From Candidatus Latescibacterota bacterium (lineage in GTDB: Bacteria > Latescibacterota > UBA2968 > GCA-2709665): a stretch of 64,000 nt of DNA. The stretch spans positions 3,680,001 to 3,744,000 of the forward strand of contig OZ244937.1 in the NCBI GenBank assembly GCA_965222075.1. Direction: 5' to 3'. Position numbers and translations under genes: made by a program. Below are positions 30,725-40,762 of the stretch, piece by piece. The notes under the pieces were generated by a model. That model was not told where the DNA came from. It did no database searches and was given only the letters and a program-made list of their open reading frames with translations. The first letter of the stretch is position 1, and the number at the start of each line of letters is the position of its first letter.

Positions 30725-31801
30725 TCAACGGTGGTACTTCGGCTGCCGCGGTGCCCTGTCCCGCTGCAATCGGTGCCTACTTCCTTCCAGCGGCAACCCC
30801 ACCCGCGCCCCCCCACGCAGGTGCGACTCCACAAAGGCAAAAATCAATTCGGTATTGGTCCGGGCCAGCCTCACCCCCCCACGCGGCGGCTCGCCCGTAT
30901 CCAGCGCGTGTACCAGATCTTCGATCAGCCGCACCGTCGAACTGGCGGGATCGAACGGTGGAAACTCCCCAGGCGCCAGCACGCGCCGGCCGCGATGGTC
31001 CCGCCCTCCCGGCTCGCGCACCTGCCATTCCGCCCCGTTGCCCAGCGCAGTCACCACGCCGTGTTCGCCCACGGCTTCCACTTCCAGCCCCCGCCCCGAA
31101 TTGAGCGCGTATGCTGTCACCCCGTTTTCGAACTGCAAAATACCGTGTCCCACCGGATCCTCGCACAACCGCTCACCCTCAATCATTTCGTCCCCGTTGG
31201 GAAGATGCGCCTGCACCCACGAAACCGGGCAGTCGCTGTTGAGCCTCAGCAACAGATCAAAGCTGTGGCTGGCCCCGTTGAAAAGCGCGCTGGTCTGGTG
31301 GATAATCAGCGTTTTCAACCGGCCGATCCGGCCGCCGTCGATTACGTCCACCATCGCGTCGTATCCCGTATCCCAGCGCCGGTTCGTTCCCATATTGAAG
31401 AAAACGCCGTTGCGCTCCACCGCCTCCACCATGGCGTCGGCCTCCTCCATAGAGGAAGCCATGGCCTTTTCTCCGTAGATCGCCTTAACCCCGTGCTCGG
31501 CCGCGTAGATGACGATCTCCGCTCGATGCTCCGGCTGGGTGGCCACACTGACAATATCGGGCTGCTCTTTGTCGATCATCTCCTTGTAGTCCATATACTG
31601 CTTTTCTTTGGGCACACCGTAGCGGAGGCCCACCTGCGCCATCACATCCACCCGCAAGTCCGAACACGCCACCATTTCCGTGCGCTCGCACGCTTCGTAG
31701 CCCGCCGCGTGCGAGTACGGCCCCCTCTCTTCCGGCGCCTCGTTGTCGATAAAGGCGCCCATCCGGCTGCAGCCGACCAGTGCGGCCTTGTAGATTTTCA
31801 T
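30725..31801 (-). CDS. Gfo/Idh/MocA-family oxidoreductase
   Basis: Start MKIYKAALVGCSRMG at 31801; DIVSVAT, GEKAMA. Confidence 0.85.
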   Translation of the reverse strand: MKIYKAALVGCSRMGAFIDNEAPEERGPYSHAAGYEACERTEMVACSDLRVDVMAQVGLRYGVPKEKQYMDYKEMIDKEQPDIVSVATQPEHRAEIVIYAAEHGVKAIYGEKAMASSMEEADAMVEAVERNGVFFNMGTNRRWDTGYDAMVDVIDGGRIGRLKTLIIHQTSALFNGASHSFDLLLRLNSDCPVSWVQAHLPNGDEMIEGERLCEDPVGHGILQFENGVTAYALNSGRGLEVEAVGEHGVVTALGNGAEWQVREPGGRDHRGRRVLAPGEFPPFDPASSTVRLIEDLVHALDTGEPPRGGVRLARTNTELIFAFVESHLRGGARVGLPLEGSRHRLQRDRAPRQPKYHR

Positions 31802-31868
31802 ACGTTTCTCCTCTGAAAGGGTGCTGCGAGTAGAAAAAGAACAGACTCCTGAAACGATGGGACGCACG

Positions 31869-32951
31869 CTACACGTGAAAAATGTATAGATTTCGTTCTG
31901 CCAGTGGCAGATCGACCCAGGCACCACCCTGTCGATGGCTCTCCGCCACCGCAATACAGGCTTCCGTAATATGGTGGGCCACATCCACATGCCCAAGCGT
32001 CGGTCGTCCGGTCTCGTACGCATCCACCAGATCTTCCAAACAGGACACAACATGGCTTTTGGCCGCCACGGGCGCCATGGGGGTTTCGTCCCAGCCCTGC
32101 CGCTTTCCCACCATCTGACCGGCCTTGCGCAACAGAATGCCGTCGCCATTGTTCATGGAGCGAATACACCCTTCCGTTCCCAGCACTTCAAACTCCCACG
32201 CTGCCGCCGGCACCGACCAGGCCTCAACCCCGTTCTCAAACCGGAGTTGATAAATCGCCCGCGGATCGTAAGCCAGGTGGTCATTCTGAATCTGCGTATG
32301 CCGGGGTATCAGTTCCCCGCGCACCGCTTCGATTTTGGAATCGCCCAGCAAAAACGAAATCGTATCAATCGAATGAATGTGCCCGTGCATCAAGCTTGAA
32401 GGCGCATAATGCACCGCCGCACGGGGTTGTCCGACCTCGCCGGCTGCAATCGCCTCCCGCACCGCGCGATAGTGCACATCAAACCGCCGAAGCACTCCGG
32501 TGTTGAACACCGTCCCATTGGCCTTCACCGCCTGCAGAATCTCGTCGGCCCGTGCCACCGAACTGGCCATTGCCTTTTCCACATACAGCATCGGCACCCC
32601 CGCATTGGCCAGGCTCACCGCCAGATCCGCATGCGAATCCCCCCGAAAAGACGCATCCGGCGCCTCCTGCGCCGGCTTGAACAGGCCAGACGCCGTGGTG
32701 CAAATTGCCACCAGATCGGGCTGTTCTTGTTTCACCATCTCCATATAATCTTCGTACACGGCCTCCACGCCCCACCGCGCCTGAAAAGCCTCCCGCTTAT
32801 CGCCCTGCAAATCCGCCCCGGCCACCAGGTCCAGTTGATCCATCGCCTCGCAACACGCCGCAATCGAATACGGCTTTGTGGCGTGCCCTTCATCGTCAAT
32901 CGTACTGCCCATCCGTCCCAGACCGATAATGCCCACACGATAGGTTTTCAC
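31869..32951 (-). CDS. Gfo/Idh/MocA-family oxidoreductase
   Basis: GTG start at 32951 with AAGGAGG RBS, overlapping the upstream stop; GIIGLGRMG, VEKAMA. Confidence 0.85.
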   Translation of the reverse strand: MKTYRVGIIGLGRMGSTIDDEGHATKPYSIAACCEAMDQLDLVAGADLQGDKREAFQARWGVEAVYEDYMEMVKQEQPDLVAICTTASGLFKPAQEAPDASFRGDSHADLAVSLANAGVPMLYVEKAMASSVARADEILQAVKANGTVFNTGVLRRFDVHYRAVREAIAAGEVGQPRAAVHYAPSSLMHGHIHSIDTISFLLGDSKIEAVRGELIPRHTQIQNDHLAYDPRAIYQLRFENGVEAWSVPAAAWEFEVLGTEGCIRSMNNGDGILLRKAGQMVGKRQGWDETPMAPVAAKSHVVSCLEDLVDAYETGRPTLGHVDVAHHITEACIAVAESHRQGGAWVDLPLAERNLYIFHV

Positions 32952-34024
32952 TGTCCCTCCTTTATCCAAGCAATTGTAGGGATGTCCTGGATTCCAAGGG
33001 CGTCCGCCGCGCCCAGGATGGTCTGCCAGATGTCGTCCTGGATGGGGACGCCTTCCCGCTGCCGGGCGTTCCGCGTCCTCACTTCCGGATCGCCGGGGAC
33101 CAGCACTTCCTCGAAACCGGGCGCGGGCGACACGGCCCGGGTGCGCTGCACCATCTCGTCCGCCCGGCGTGCATACTCGGAGAAGGGCTGGAACAGGTCG
33201 GCCTTGAAAGCGACCATGCAGACGCCCTGGTATCGCATAATCGGTCCTGCGCGATTGGGATCGGCAAATGCGTCCGTGCGGTTGAAGATGCGCCCCAAAA
33301 ACTCCACGGCCATCATCAGCGCATACCCCTTGTGTCCACCAAAGGGGACCTGCCCACCTCCCTCGTAGAAATCGTTGGGGTCCGTGCTGGGGTTGCCCTC
33401 CCTGTCCACGATGCAGCCCGGCGGCAGCGCTTCGCTGCGGCGCTGGGCATTGATGACTTTGACGCCTGACATGGCCGTGGTCGCAAAATCAAAACCCATC
33501 GAGGGGCCGTCGCCTCCCGGGAATCCCATGGCAATCGGATTGGTATGCAAGACTCGCTCACAGCCCCCATAGGGCACGGCCACCGGCTCTTCCTCGCCAA
33601 AGCCTCCCGCCCAAACGATGGAGATCAACCCCCCGGCTGCGGCCATTTCCGTATAGTGGCCCAGCCTGCCGATGTGGTGCGACTGCACCAGACCCACGAT
33701 GGCTATCTCGTGGGATCTGGCCTTTTCAATCGCCGTCTCCATCGCAAAACGTGCAGCGACCTGTCCGAAAGTCCAGTTGCCGGTGATCTGCGCGCTGTTC
33801 AGGCCTTCCTGAATGAACGCCGGCCGGGCCCTGGGCAGGATGTAGCCCTTCTGGATGTCGTCTACATATCTTGCCACGTGCCATACGCCGTGTGTGTCAA
33901 CGCCGCTGAGGTTGGCCAGGACCAGGTGCTCGGCGAGGGTGTGCGCGTTGTCTTCGTCGGCGCCGGCTGCCAAAAAGATCCGGATGACAAGCTCGCGCAG
34001 GTCATCGGCAGGTATGACTACCAT
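32948..34024 (-). CDS. Ldh_2-family (type 2 malate/lactate/DpkA-like) oxidoreductase
   Basis: GVDTHG, HHIGRLG, TNPIA, FDFATT, GGHKGYAL, VPGDPE; start at 34024. Confidence 0.9.
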   Translation of the reverse strand: MVVIPADDLRELVIRIFLAAGADEDNAHTLAEHLVLANLSGVDTHGVWHVARYVDDIQKGYILPRARPAFIQEGLNSAQITGNWTFGQVAARFAMETAIEKARSHEIAIVGLVQSHHIGRLGHYTEMAAAGGLISIVWAGGFGEEEPVAVPYGGCERVLHTNPIAMGFPGGDGPSMGFDFATTAMSGVKVINAQRRSEALPPGCIVDREGNPSTDPNDFYEGGGQVPFGGHKGYALMMAVEFLGRIFNRTDAFADPNRAGPIMRYQGVCMVAFKADLFQPFSEYARRADEMVQRTRAVSPAPGFEEVLVPGDPEVRTRNARQREGVPIQDDIWQTILGAADALGIQDIPTIAWIKEGQ

Positions 34025-34126
34025 AACGAACTCCCTCCTGCCTGTGCCGTGCCCGTCACGGCAGACAGGTCGGAAAATCACCGGCAACCACCGATGAACA
34101 TCGGTGAATACTGATGAAAAAGCTTC

Positions 34127-35221
34127 TTAGAAAATCAGCACGCCCCGGGCGTTTTTACCCGCTGCCAGGTCGTCGAACGCCTGCTGGACTTCGTCGATGG
34201 GGTAGGTTCTGGTGATGAGTTCGTCCAGTTTCAACTGCCCGGTGCGGTAGAGGTCGAGCAGCCGGGGCATGTCGACCCGCTGGCGCGTGGAGCCGTAGTA
34301 GGAGCCCAGGAGTTTCTTCTCATCACGCACGATCAACGGGGCCGGGAGGGCGACTTCGGTATTGGGCCGGGCCATGCCGATAATGGTCACGGTGCCGCCC
34401 CGGCGGGCGCTGTCGTAGGCCTGGCGCATGACTTCCGGATTGCCGATGGCTTCGAAGGTGTAGTCCGCACCGCGGCCGCCGGTGAGCTCCTGGATGGCCG
34501 TGACCGGGTCTGCGTCGCTGGCGTTGACCGTGTGGGTGGCCCCGAAGCGCTGGGCAAACGCCAGCTTGAGGGGGTTGGTGTCCACCGCGATGATCGTGTT
34601 GGCCCCGGCTGTTGCCGCGCCCTGGATGACGTTGAGGCCTACTCCGCCGGCGCCGAAGACCGCCGCGGAGGCACCCGGCTGCACCTTTGCAGTGTTGACC
34701 GCGGCACCGACTCCGGTCATCACGCCGCAGCCGACTAAGGCGGCTTTGTCTAAAGGGATGTCGGGATCGATGCGCACAAGGCTGGTCTCGTGTACGACGG
34801 CATATTCGCTCATCGTCCCGATGCCGGTCATCTGATTGAGCGGCACGCCGCCCCGGCGGATGGGACGGTGGCCGTTGGGCAGGGTTCCCTCACGCGTCAG
34901 GGCGGTGGTCTCGCAGAGATTCGGTTGCCCGATGGTGCAGTAGTAACACCGACCGCACTGGGGGATGTAGGTAAGCACGACATGGTCGCCGGGTTTTACG
35001 GCCGTGACGTGGTCGCCGACCGCTTCGACGATGCCGGCCCCTTCGTGCCCCAGTACTATGGGAAGTTCCAGGGGAATGGTGCCGTCGATCACCGAGTAGT
35101 CGCTGTGACAGACCCCGCTTGCGACCATTTTGAGGTGTACTTCGTCTTCTTGTAGCGCATCTAATTCTACTTCTTCTACCACCACTGACTGGTTCACGGC
35201 GTTTAAGACCACGGCTTTCAT
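34127..35221 (-). CDS. Zn-dependent alcohol dehydrogenase (class III-like)
   Basis: GVCHSD, GHEGAG, CGRCYYC...C structural Zn site, GAGGVG. Confidence 0.92.
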   Translation of the reverse strand: MKAVVLNAVNQSVVVEEVELDALQEDEVHLKMVASGVCHSDYSVIDGTIPLELPIVLGHEGAGIVEAVGDHVTAVKPGDHVVLTYIPQCGRCYYCTIGQPNLCETTALTREGTLPNGHRPIRRGGVPLNQMTGIGTMSEYAVVHETSLVRIDPDIPLDKAALVGCGVMTGVGAAVNTAKVQPGASAAVFGAGGVGLNVIQGAATAGANTIIAVDTNPLKLAFAQRFGATHTVNASDADPVTAIQELTGGRGADYTFEAIGNPEVMRQAYDSARRGGTVTIIGMARPNTEVALPAPLIVRDEKKLLGSYYGSTRQRVDMPRLLDLYRTGQLKLDELITRTYPIDEVQQAFDDLAAGKNARGVLIF

Positions 35222-35257
35222 AGCTGTTTCCTCCTCCCGATATCTGCTGATTCGGGC

Positions 35258-36097
35258 TTATTCCTGTCGTTGTGTTATTTTTTTTAACTCGTTCAGGATC
35301 TCTTTTTCGGTCGTCCATTCAAGGCCGTCGACCGATTTTGAGTTTGAGCCTGTTATTCCGTCCACCGAACCCAGGCTGAGGATATGGTCCAGGTAGGGGT
35401 CCACATCTGAGAAGTCCGGCAGGAGAGAGGTGTTTGAAAGGATTGTCAGGTAGGCCATTAATCCATAAGCTCCCCAGTTGGAGGTTGTGGCGATAATCGT
35501 GTGTTTTGTGTCGATGATGCAGGGGGAGATGTCCAGTTTTTCAGCGATGGTGCGCCGGAGGTTTCCCATGCCGATTTCATTTCCACCGTCTCCGATTCCG
35601 ATGGTGAGGGTGGTGTTACGCGTTAAGATGAAGAACTCGTCTAAGGGGGCTGTAAAGTCGGAGATGTCTGTGTTTTTTACGTTGCAGTATTTGAGGTCGG
35701 CATTTCTCCCACACCTTTCGACGGCGATCAGACAGACGGGGTTGTACCGGTTGAGGACTTCAAGATAAGGATCTGTCCCCTCCAGGGGCATATAGAGGGT
35801 TTCGGTTTCCGGTTTGTATGAAAAGAAATCCCTGCAGAACGGGTCGGTTACGATGAGGGGACGGAACGCCAGTTTTTGCAGGGCGTTTGCCAGGAAGTAG
35901 GCGCCGACCGGGCCGTCCGTTTCGGCGACTCCGTTCGCGTAGAACCCGGTGATGATGAAGACGACGCCCCTGCTGCAGGCGAACAGGCTCTTTGCGGCAT
36001 CATAGCAGAAGGCCAGGCTCAGAGATTGTCTTAAGATGGGCAGGCCCCTTCTGTGATGCTTTAAAATCACGTCTTCGATTTTGATCGGATGGGGCAT
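35258..36097 (-). CDS. DUF4392 / D-glutamate cyclase-like domain protein
   Basis: ITGF...ETDGPVGA, AVERCGR, IGIGDGGNEIGMG, SNWGAY. Confidence 0.85.
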   Translation of the reverse strand: MPHPIKIEDVILKHHRRGLPILRQSLSLAFCYDAAKSLFACSRGVVFIITGFYANGVAETDGPVGAYFLANALQKLAFRPLIVTDPFCRDFFSYKPETETLYMPLEGTDPYLEVLNRYNPVCLIAVERCGRNADLKYCNVKNTDISDFTAPLDEFFILTRNTTLTIGIGDGGNEIGMGNLRRTIAEKLDISPCIIDTKHTIIATTSNWGAYGLMAYLTILSNTSLLPDFSDVDPYLDHILSLGSVDGITGSNSKSVDGLEWTTEKEILNELKKITQRQE

Positions 36098-36100
36098 CGT

Positions 36101-36910
36101 TTAGAGCGCTTCCCCAACGTCGGGGGCGTCTGCAACGAACATGTGGCCCGGCGCATGGGTGATGGCGATTTCGGGCTTGGCATGCAGGATGACGGCCTGG
36201 GGGGTGACGCCACAGGCCCAGAAGACAGGGGTCTCATTCTCATAGACGGTGACCGGGTCTCCATAGTCGGGGGCGTCCAGGTTCTGGATGCCCAGGTGCG
36301 CAGGATTGCCTATGTGGAGGGGGGCACCGTGCGATTTTGGGTACCGGCTTGTGATCTGTACGGCCCGGATGGCGTGGAAGGGGGATAGGGGACGCATGGA
36401 GACCACGACGGGGCCTGAGAAGCATCCGACCGGGGAACAGGAGAGGCTGGTGCGGTACATGGGGACGTTTTTGCCCTCTTCGATGTGCCGCACCGGGAGG
36501 CCGGACTGAAGCATGGCGCTTTCAAAGGTGAAGGAACAGCCGATAAGAAATGCCACGGAATCGGACCGCCAGTAGGGACGGATGTCGCCGGTTTCTTCCA
36601 CAAGTTCCCCGTTTTTGAAGATGCGGTAGAGGGGGAGGTCTGTGCGGATGTCTGCGCCGGGGGCGATCAGCCGGGGTTCCGGGTCTCCGGCTTCGGTAAT
36701 GTCCAAAAGGGGACAGGGTTTTGGGTTACGGTGACAGAAGACCAGAAAATCAAAAGCCAGGGACCTGGGCAGTACGACCAGGTTGGCCTGGACGTGTGCC
36801 AGGCCCGCGGTTGGGCCGGTGAGTTCTCCGCTGCGGCAGCGCTCCCGGACCTGGACGGGCGTCAGGTCCGCTGCGGATTCTGGATGGGTGTTATTCGATT
36901 TTTCGCTCAT
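36101..36910 (-). CDS. DUF1445 putative hydro-lyase / D-glutamate cyclase (YcsI-like)
   Basis: VQANLV, FCHRNPKPCP, DIRTDLP, GCSFTFE, VSMRP, HGAP, FWACGVTPQ, THAPGHMF. Confidence 0.92.
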   Translation of the reverse strand: MSEKSNNTHPESAADLTPVQVRERCRSGELTGPTAGLAHVQANLVVLPRSLAFDFLVFCHRNPKPCPLLDITEAGDPEPRLIAPGADIRTDLPLYRIFKNGELVEETGDIRPYWRSDSVAFLIGCSFTFESAMLQSGLPVRHIEEGKNVPMYRTSLSCSPVGCFSGPVVVSMRPLSPFHAIRAVQITSRYPKSHGAPLHIGNPAHLGIQNLDAPDYGDPVTVYENETPVFWACGVTPQAVILHAKPEIAITHAPGHMFVADAPDVGEAL

Positions 36911-36958
36911 GGTGTATCACCTCATAAAACAAATTGAAGATTGAAAAATCTTCGCTCT

Positions 36959-39900
36959 TCAGTGCTGCCTGCCGTATCCACCGCCGCCGGGGGTGTTCAG
37001 GATCAGGCGGTCACCCGGGGCGACTTCGCAGCCGTCTACGGGGCCGAGGGTTTGTTTTTCACCCGAGGCGCGGTGGACAACCTGGGTTCCCGGCTTTCCC
37101 GGGTCTGCGCCGTGCAGGCCGTAGGGGCCTTCCTTCCGGTGCTGGGTGAGCACGGAGAGGGCCATTTCCTTCAGGAAGGTCAGTTCGCGCACGATGCCGT
37201 CTCCGCCGGCGTGGGCGCCCGCGCCGCCCGATCCTTTTCGCACGGCAAAGCGATCTATGCGGACGGGATAGCGGTGCTCTACGATTTCGGGGTCGGTGAT
37301 GCGGGTATTGGTCATGTGGCTGTGCACTGCGTCTGCGCCGGCAAAAGTGGGGCCGGCGCCGCAGCCGCCCCCTACGGTTTCGTAGTATCCGAACCCGGTC
37401 GTGCCGAAGAGGACGTTGTTCATGGTCCCCTGGCTGCATGCAACCAGTTCCAGGGCCTTCAGCAGGGTGTCTACCAGGCGCTGGCTGGTTTCCACGTTGC
37501 CTCCGACGACGGCCGGGGCGCGGGCGGGATCTTCCGGGAAGGGGGGGTTGAGGATGCCCGGGGGGATGTGCAGGGCGATCGGTTCCATGAAGCCTTCGTT
37601 GAGGGGCAGGGGGGCGTCTACCAGCAGGCGCAGCACGTAGATTACGGCGCTGCGGACAATGGCTGGGGTGGCGTTCAGATTGCCGGGGTGGACGCCGGCC
37701 GAGCCGGAGAAGTCGATGCTTGCGGAATCGCCTGTGATGTCGATGCGCACCTGCAGGGGCGACCCGTCGTCCAAGCGCTCCTGCGCACCGTAGCAGCCGT
37801 CCGGCAAGCGGGAGAGGGCGCTGCGCAGCCCCCGGTCGGCCTGGTTTTTGAGTGCGGCCATGTAGTAGAGGAGGGTTTTGGCGCCGTATTCGCAGGCGAG
37901 GTCCTGCAGGGCGTTGAGGCCCCGGTGGTTGGCGGCCAGGGCCGCGCGCAGATCGGCCAGGTTGTCGTCGACCGTCCGGGAGGGGAAGGGGGCGTTCTGG
38001 AGCATGTCGCGGACGGCGGTCCAGTCGGCGCGTCCGTCCCGGACGATGTACGAAGGCGGAATGACCACGCCTTCCTGGGCCAGGTTGGTAGCCGCAGGGG
38101 GCATCGATCCGGGCCGCATGCCGCCGACTTCGGCGTGGTGGGCGCGGCTGGCCACATAGCCGACGCATGGATCGCCGCCGGCATACACAGGCGTTATTAA
38201 GGTGATGTCCGGCAGGTGGGAGCCACCGAAGTCGGGGTGGTTGGTGATGACGGTATCTCCCGGCTTGAGGGAGAGATGCTCGCGCACTCGGCGCACGCAG
38301 AGGCCCAGCGCCCCCAGGTGCACCGGGATGTGGGGGGCATTGACGACGAGTTCGCCGTTGGCGTCCAGGAGGGCGCAGGAGAAGTCCAGCCGTTCCTTGA
38401 CGTTGGTGGAAAGGGCGGTGCGCTGGAGCATGGTGCCCATTTCCCGGGCGATGTTGCTCAGGTTGTGGGTGAACAGTTCCAGACGGACGGCTTCGGGACG
38501 GGCTTCCCGACCGCGGGTAGTCCGGGGCTGCCTGCGGTGGAGTACGAGGGTGGCGTGGCGGTCCACCCCCACCCCCCAGCCGGCGTCTACGAATACGGCG
38601 CTGTGCCGTTCGAAGATCAATGCCGGGCCCTGAAGCTGTGCGCCGGGCTTGAGGTCGGGCCGGTTGTGGACTGCGACCTCTGTCCACTTTCCCTGTACCC
38701 AGGTCTTTGTGTTTCCGCTGGGCAGGGCCTCATGGGCGGGTTGGGAGGTCTGTTCCCGCTCGGCGCCGGAGGCCCGCGAGGAGGCGATTACCCGGATGGA
38801 CTCCAGTTCGACCGGGCGGCCTTCCGGCTGGTGTCCGTAGAGGGTTTTGTAGGCAGCGGCGAAGGCGTCCGAGAGAGACGTCCCCGCTTCGTATTCCACG
38901 GTCAAGGGCGTGTCCTGGCCGATGAACCGCAGGTTGAGCAGCTGCCGGCGCACGACGACCTCCGCTTCGGGCACGCCTTCGGCAGCCACCTCCTGCACGG
39001 CTTTCCGGCCCAGGGCGTCGAGCCAGGCGGGGACATGGGCTTCGACCTCTTCAAGGAGGGCGAGCACCTGGCGTTCGACAAAGCGCTCGATTACCGCATG
39101 CCCGATGCCCAGGGCGCTGAGAAGGCTGGCGTCTGCGGGGACCAGCACGGTGTCGATGCCCAGCCGCAGGGCCACCCCGCAGGCGTGCTGAGCGCCCGCG
39201 CCGCCAAAGGCCACCAGCGCATAGGCTGCCGGGTCGTATCCCCGCTGGAGGGAGACACGCCGGATGGCGGCGGCCATACGTTCGTTGGCGATGTCTAAGA
39301 AGCCTTCGATCAGGGCTTCCGGGGCGGCCTCTTCTGCGGTTTCCTCGGCAAGCCGACGGCGCAGGGCGTCGAGCTGTTCCCGCGCACGCTCGGGGCGGAT
39401 CGGGATTTCGAAGCGCTCGGCATGGAGCCTGCCCAGGAGCAGGTTGACATCGGTCAGGGTCAGCGGCCCTCCAGCGCCATAGCAGGCCGGGCCGGGCCGG
39501 GCCCCTGCGCTCTGCGGGCCTACCTGGAGCCGGCCTTCGGCAAAGCGGCAGATCGAGCCCCCCCCTGCGGCGACGGTCTCGATGGCCAGGGCCGGGGCGA
39601 CTAAGTGGGCGTCGCCGACGTCGTGTTCAAAGACGTATTCGAAGTCCCCGTCGTAACGGGCCACATCTGTGCTGGTTCCGCCCATGTCGAACCCGATGAG
39701 CCGCTCGAAGCCGGCCCGCCGGCCGACCAGGGCCGCGCCGGCCACGCCGCCGGCCGGGCCGCTGAGGAGGCTGTCTTTGGCCTGGAAGGATTGGGTTTGA
39801 AGCAGGCCGCCGGTGCTGGTCATCACGTGCAGGGTGCCGCCGCGAATGGCGCCCTGCACCCTGCTCAGATAGTCTTTGATCACCGGCCCCAGGTAGGCGT

Positions 39901-40732
39901 CCACCACGGTGGTCTCCGCCCGGGGCAGGAGTTTGATGAAGGGGGCCAGGTCGGCCGAAGCGGAGACGTGTTCAAAGCCGCAGTCTTGCAGGAAGCGGAC
40001 GAGTTCCCGCTCGTGGGCGGGATTCCGGTGGCTGTGCATCAGCGCCACGGCAGCCGCGCGAACGCCCCGCTCCAGAAGGTGGCGCACCTGCGGCAGGAGA
40101 GGTTCGCAGTGGAGTTTCCGGAGCACGGTCCCATCGGCCGCCAGCCGTTCCTCGACTTCGACCACGGCCTCGTAGAGGGGGTCGGGTTTGACGACGTGCA
40201 GGGCAAAGAGTTCCGGCCGCTGCTGGGTGCCGATGCGCAGCAGGTCGCCAAAGCCCCGGCTGATGAAGAGGGCCACCGGCACCCCCCGGCGTTCGAGCAG
40301 GGCGTTGGTCCCCCGGGTTGTGGCCAGGCGCATGGCGATGTCGGGGAGCGGGGCTCCGGCCGGGGTGGCCGTGACGATCCGGGCGGCCAGGACGGGGGCC
40401 TCTTCCGGGGAGCAGACCTCAAAGACCATTCCCGGAGCCGCCCTCAGGGGTCCGTCCACTTCGACCAGCCCTTCCGCCGGCTCGAAGCGTATGACCGTTC
40501 GGGGCGGGTGTTCTGTATCCAGGAGGCGGAACTCGAAGCCGGTGATGAAGCCAGGCGGCGCAGACCACTGCTCGTGGACACTCAGGCGTTTCTCGTCGAT
40601 GGGCTCCCGGACCAGGCCCCTGAGGGCGCTGCTGCTGAGCACCTTGGCCTGGTGGGGCCGACCTTCCGGGTCGCGCGCTAAGCAATCGGTAAAGGTGCCA
40701 CCCGTATCGATCCAGATCTGCCAGTCTGGCAT
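36959..40732 (-). CDS. Fused hydantoinase A/B-type ATP-dependent 5-oxoprolinase (OplA/OPLAH-like)
   Basis: DTGGTFTD, SGPAGG, DMGGTSTD, SAGARPGPACYG, NVKERLDFSCA, HIPVHLG, GNVETSQR, SQGTMNN, HSHMTNT, TPGGGGYG. Confidence 0.92.
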   Translation of the reverse strand: MPDWQIWIDTGGTFTDCLARDPEGRPHQAKVLSSSALRGLVREPIDEKRLSVHEQWSAPPGFITGFEFRLLDTEHPPRTVIRFEPAEGLVEVDGPLRAAPGMVFEVCSPEEAPVLAARIVTATPAGAPLPDIAMRLATTRGTNALLERRGVPVALFISRGFGDLLRIGTQQRPELFALHVVKPDPLYEAVVEVEERLAADGTVLRKLHCEPLLPQVRHLLERGVRAAAVALMHSHRNPAHERELVRFLQDCGFEHVSASADLAPFIKLLPRAETTVVDAYLGPVIKDYLSRVQGAIRGGTLHVMTSTGGLLQTQSFQAKDSLLSGPAGGVAGAALVGRRAGFERLIGFDMGGTSTDVARYDGDFEYVFEHDVGDAHLVAPALAIETVAAGGGSICRFAEGRLQVGPQSAGARPGPACYGAGGPLTLTDVNLLLGRLHAERFEIPIRPERAREQLDALRRRLAEETAEEAAPEALIEGFLDIANERMAAAIRRVSLQRGYDPAAYALVAFGGAGAQHACGVALRLGIDTVLVPADASLLSALGIGHAVIERFVERQVLALLEEVEAHVPAWLDALGRKAVQEVAAEGVPEAEVVVRRQLLNLRFIGQDTPLTVEYEAGTSLSDAFAAAYKTLYGHQPEGRPVELESIRVIASSRASGAEREQTSQPAHEALPSGNTKTWVQGKWTEVAVHNRPDLKPGAQLQGPALIFERHSAVFVDAGWGVGVDRHATLVLHRRQPRTTRGREARPEAVRLELFTHNLSNIAREMGTMLQRTALSTNVKERLDFSCALLDANGELVVNAPHIPVHLGALGLCVRRVREHLSLKPGDTVITNHPDFGGSHLPDITLITPVYAGGDPCVGYVASRAHHAEVGGMRPGSMPPAATNLAQEGVVIPPSYIVRDGRADWTAVRDMLQNAPFPSRTVDDNLADLRAALAANHRGLNALQDLACEYGAKTLLYYMAALKNQADRGLRSALSRLPDGCYGAQERLDDGSPLQVRIDITGDSASIDFSGSAGVHPGNLNATPAIVRSAVIYVLRLLVDAPLPLNEGFMEPIALHIPPGILNPPFPEDPARAPAVVGGNVETSQRLVDTLLKALELVACSQGTMNNVLFGTTGFGYYETVGGGCGAGPTFAGADAVHSHMTNTRITDPEIVEHRYPVRIDRFAVRKGSGGAGAHAGGDGIVRELTFLKEMALSVLTQHRKEGPYGLHGADPGKPGTQVVHRASGEKQTLGPVDGCEVAPGDRLILNTPGGGGYGRQH

Positions 40733-40762
40733 TGCTCCTCCTCTTAACCCTCCGGGATGGCC

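Noticed and set aside
31802-32149. N-terminal extension of the 474-aa ORF
   Set aside because: Overlaps the upstream oxidoreductase; the Rossmann motif indicates a start at 31801.
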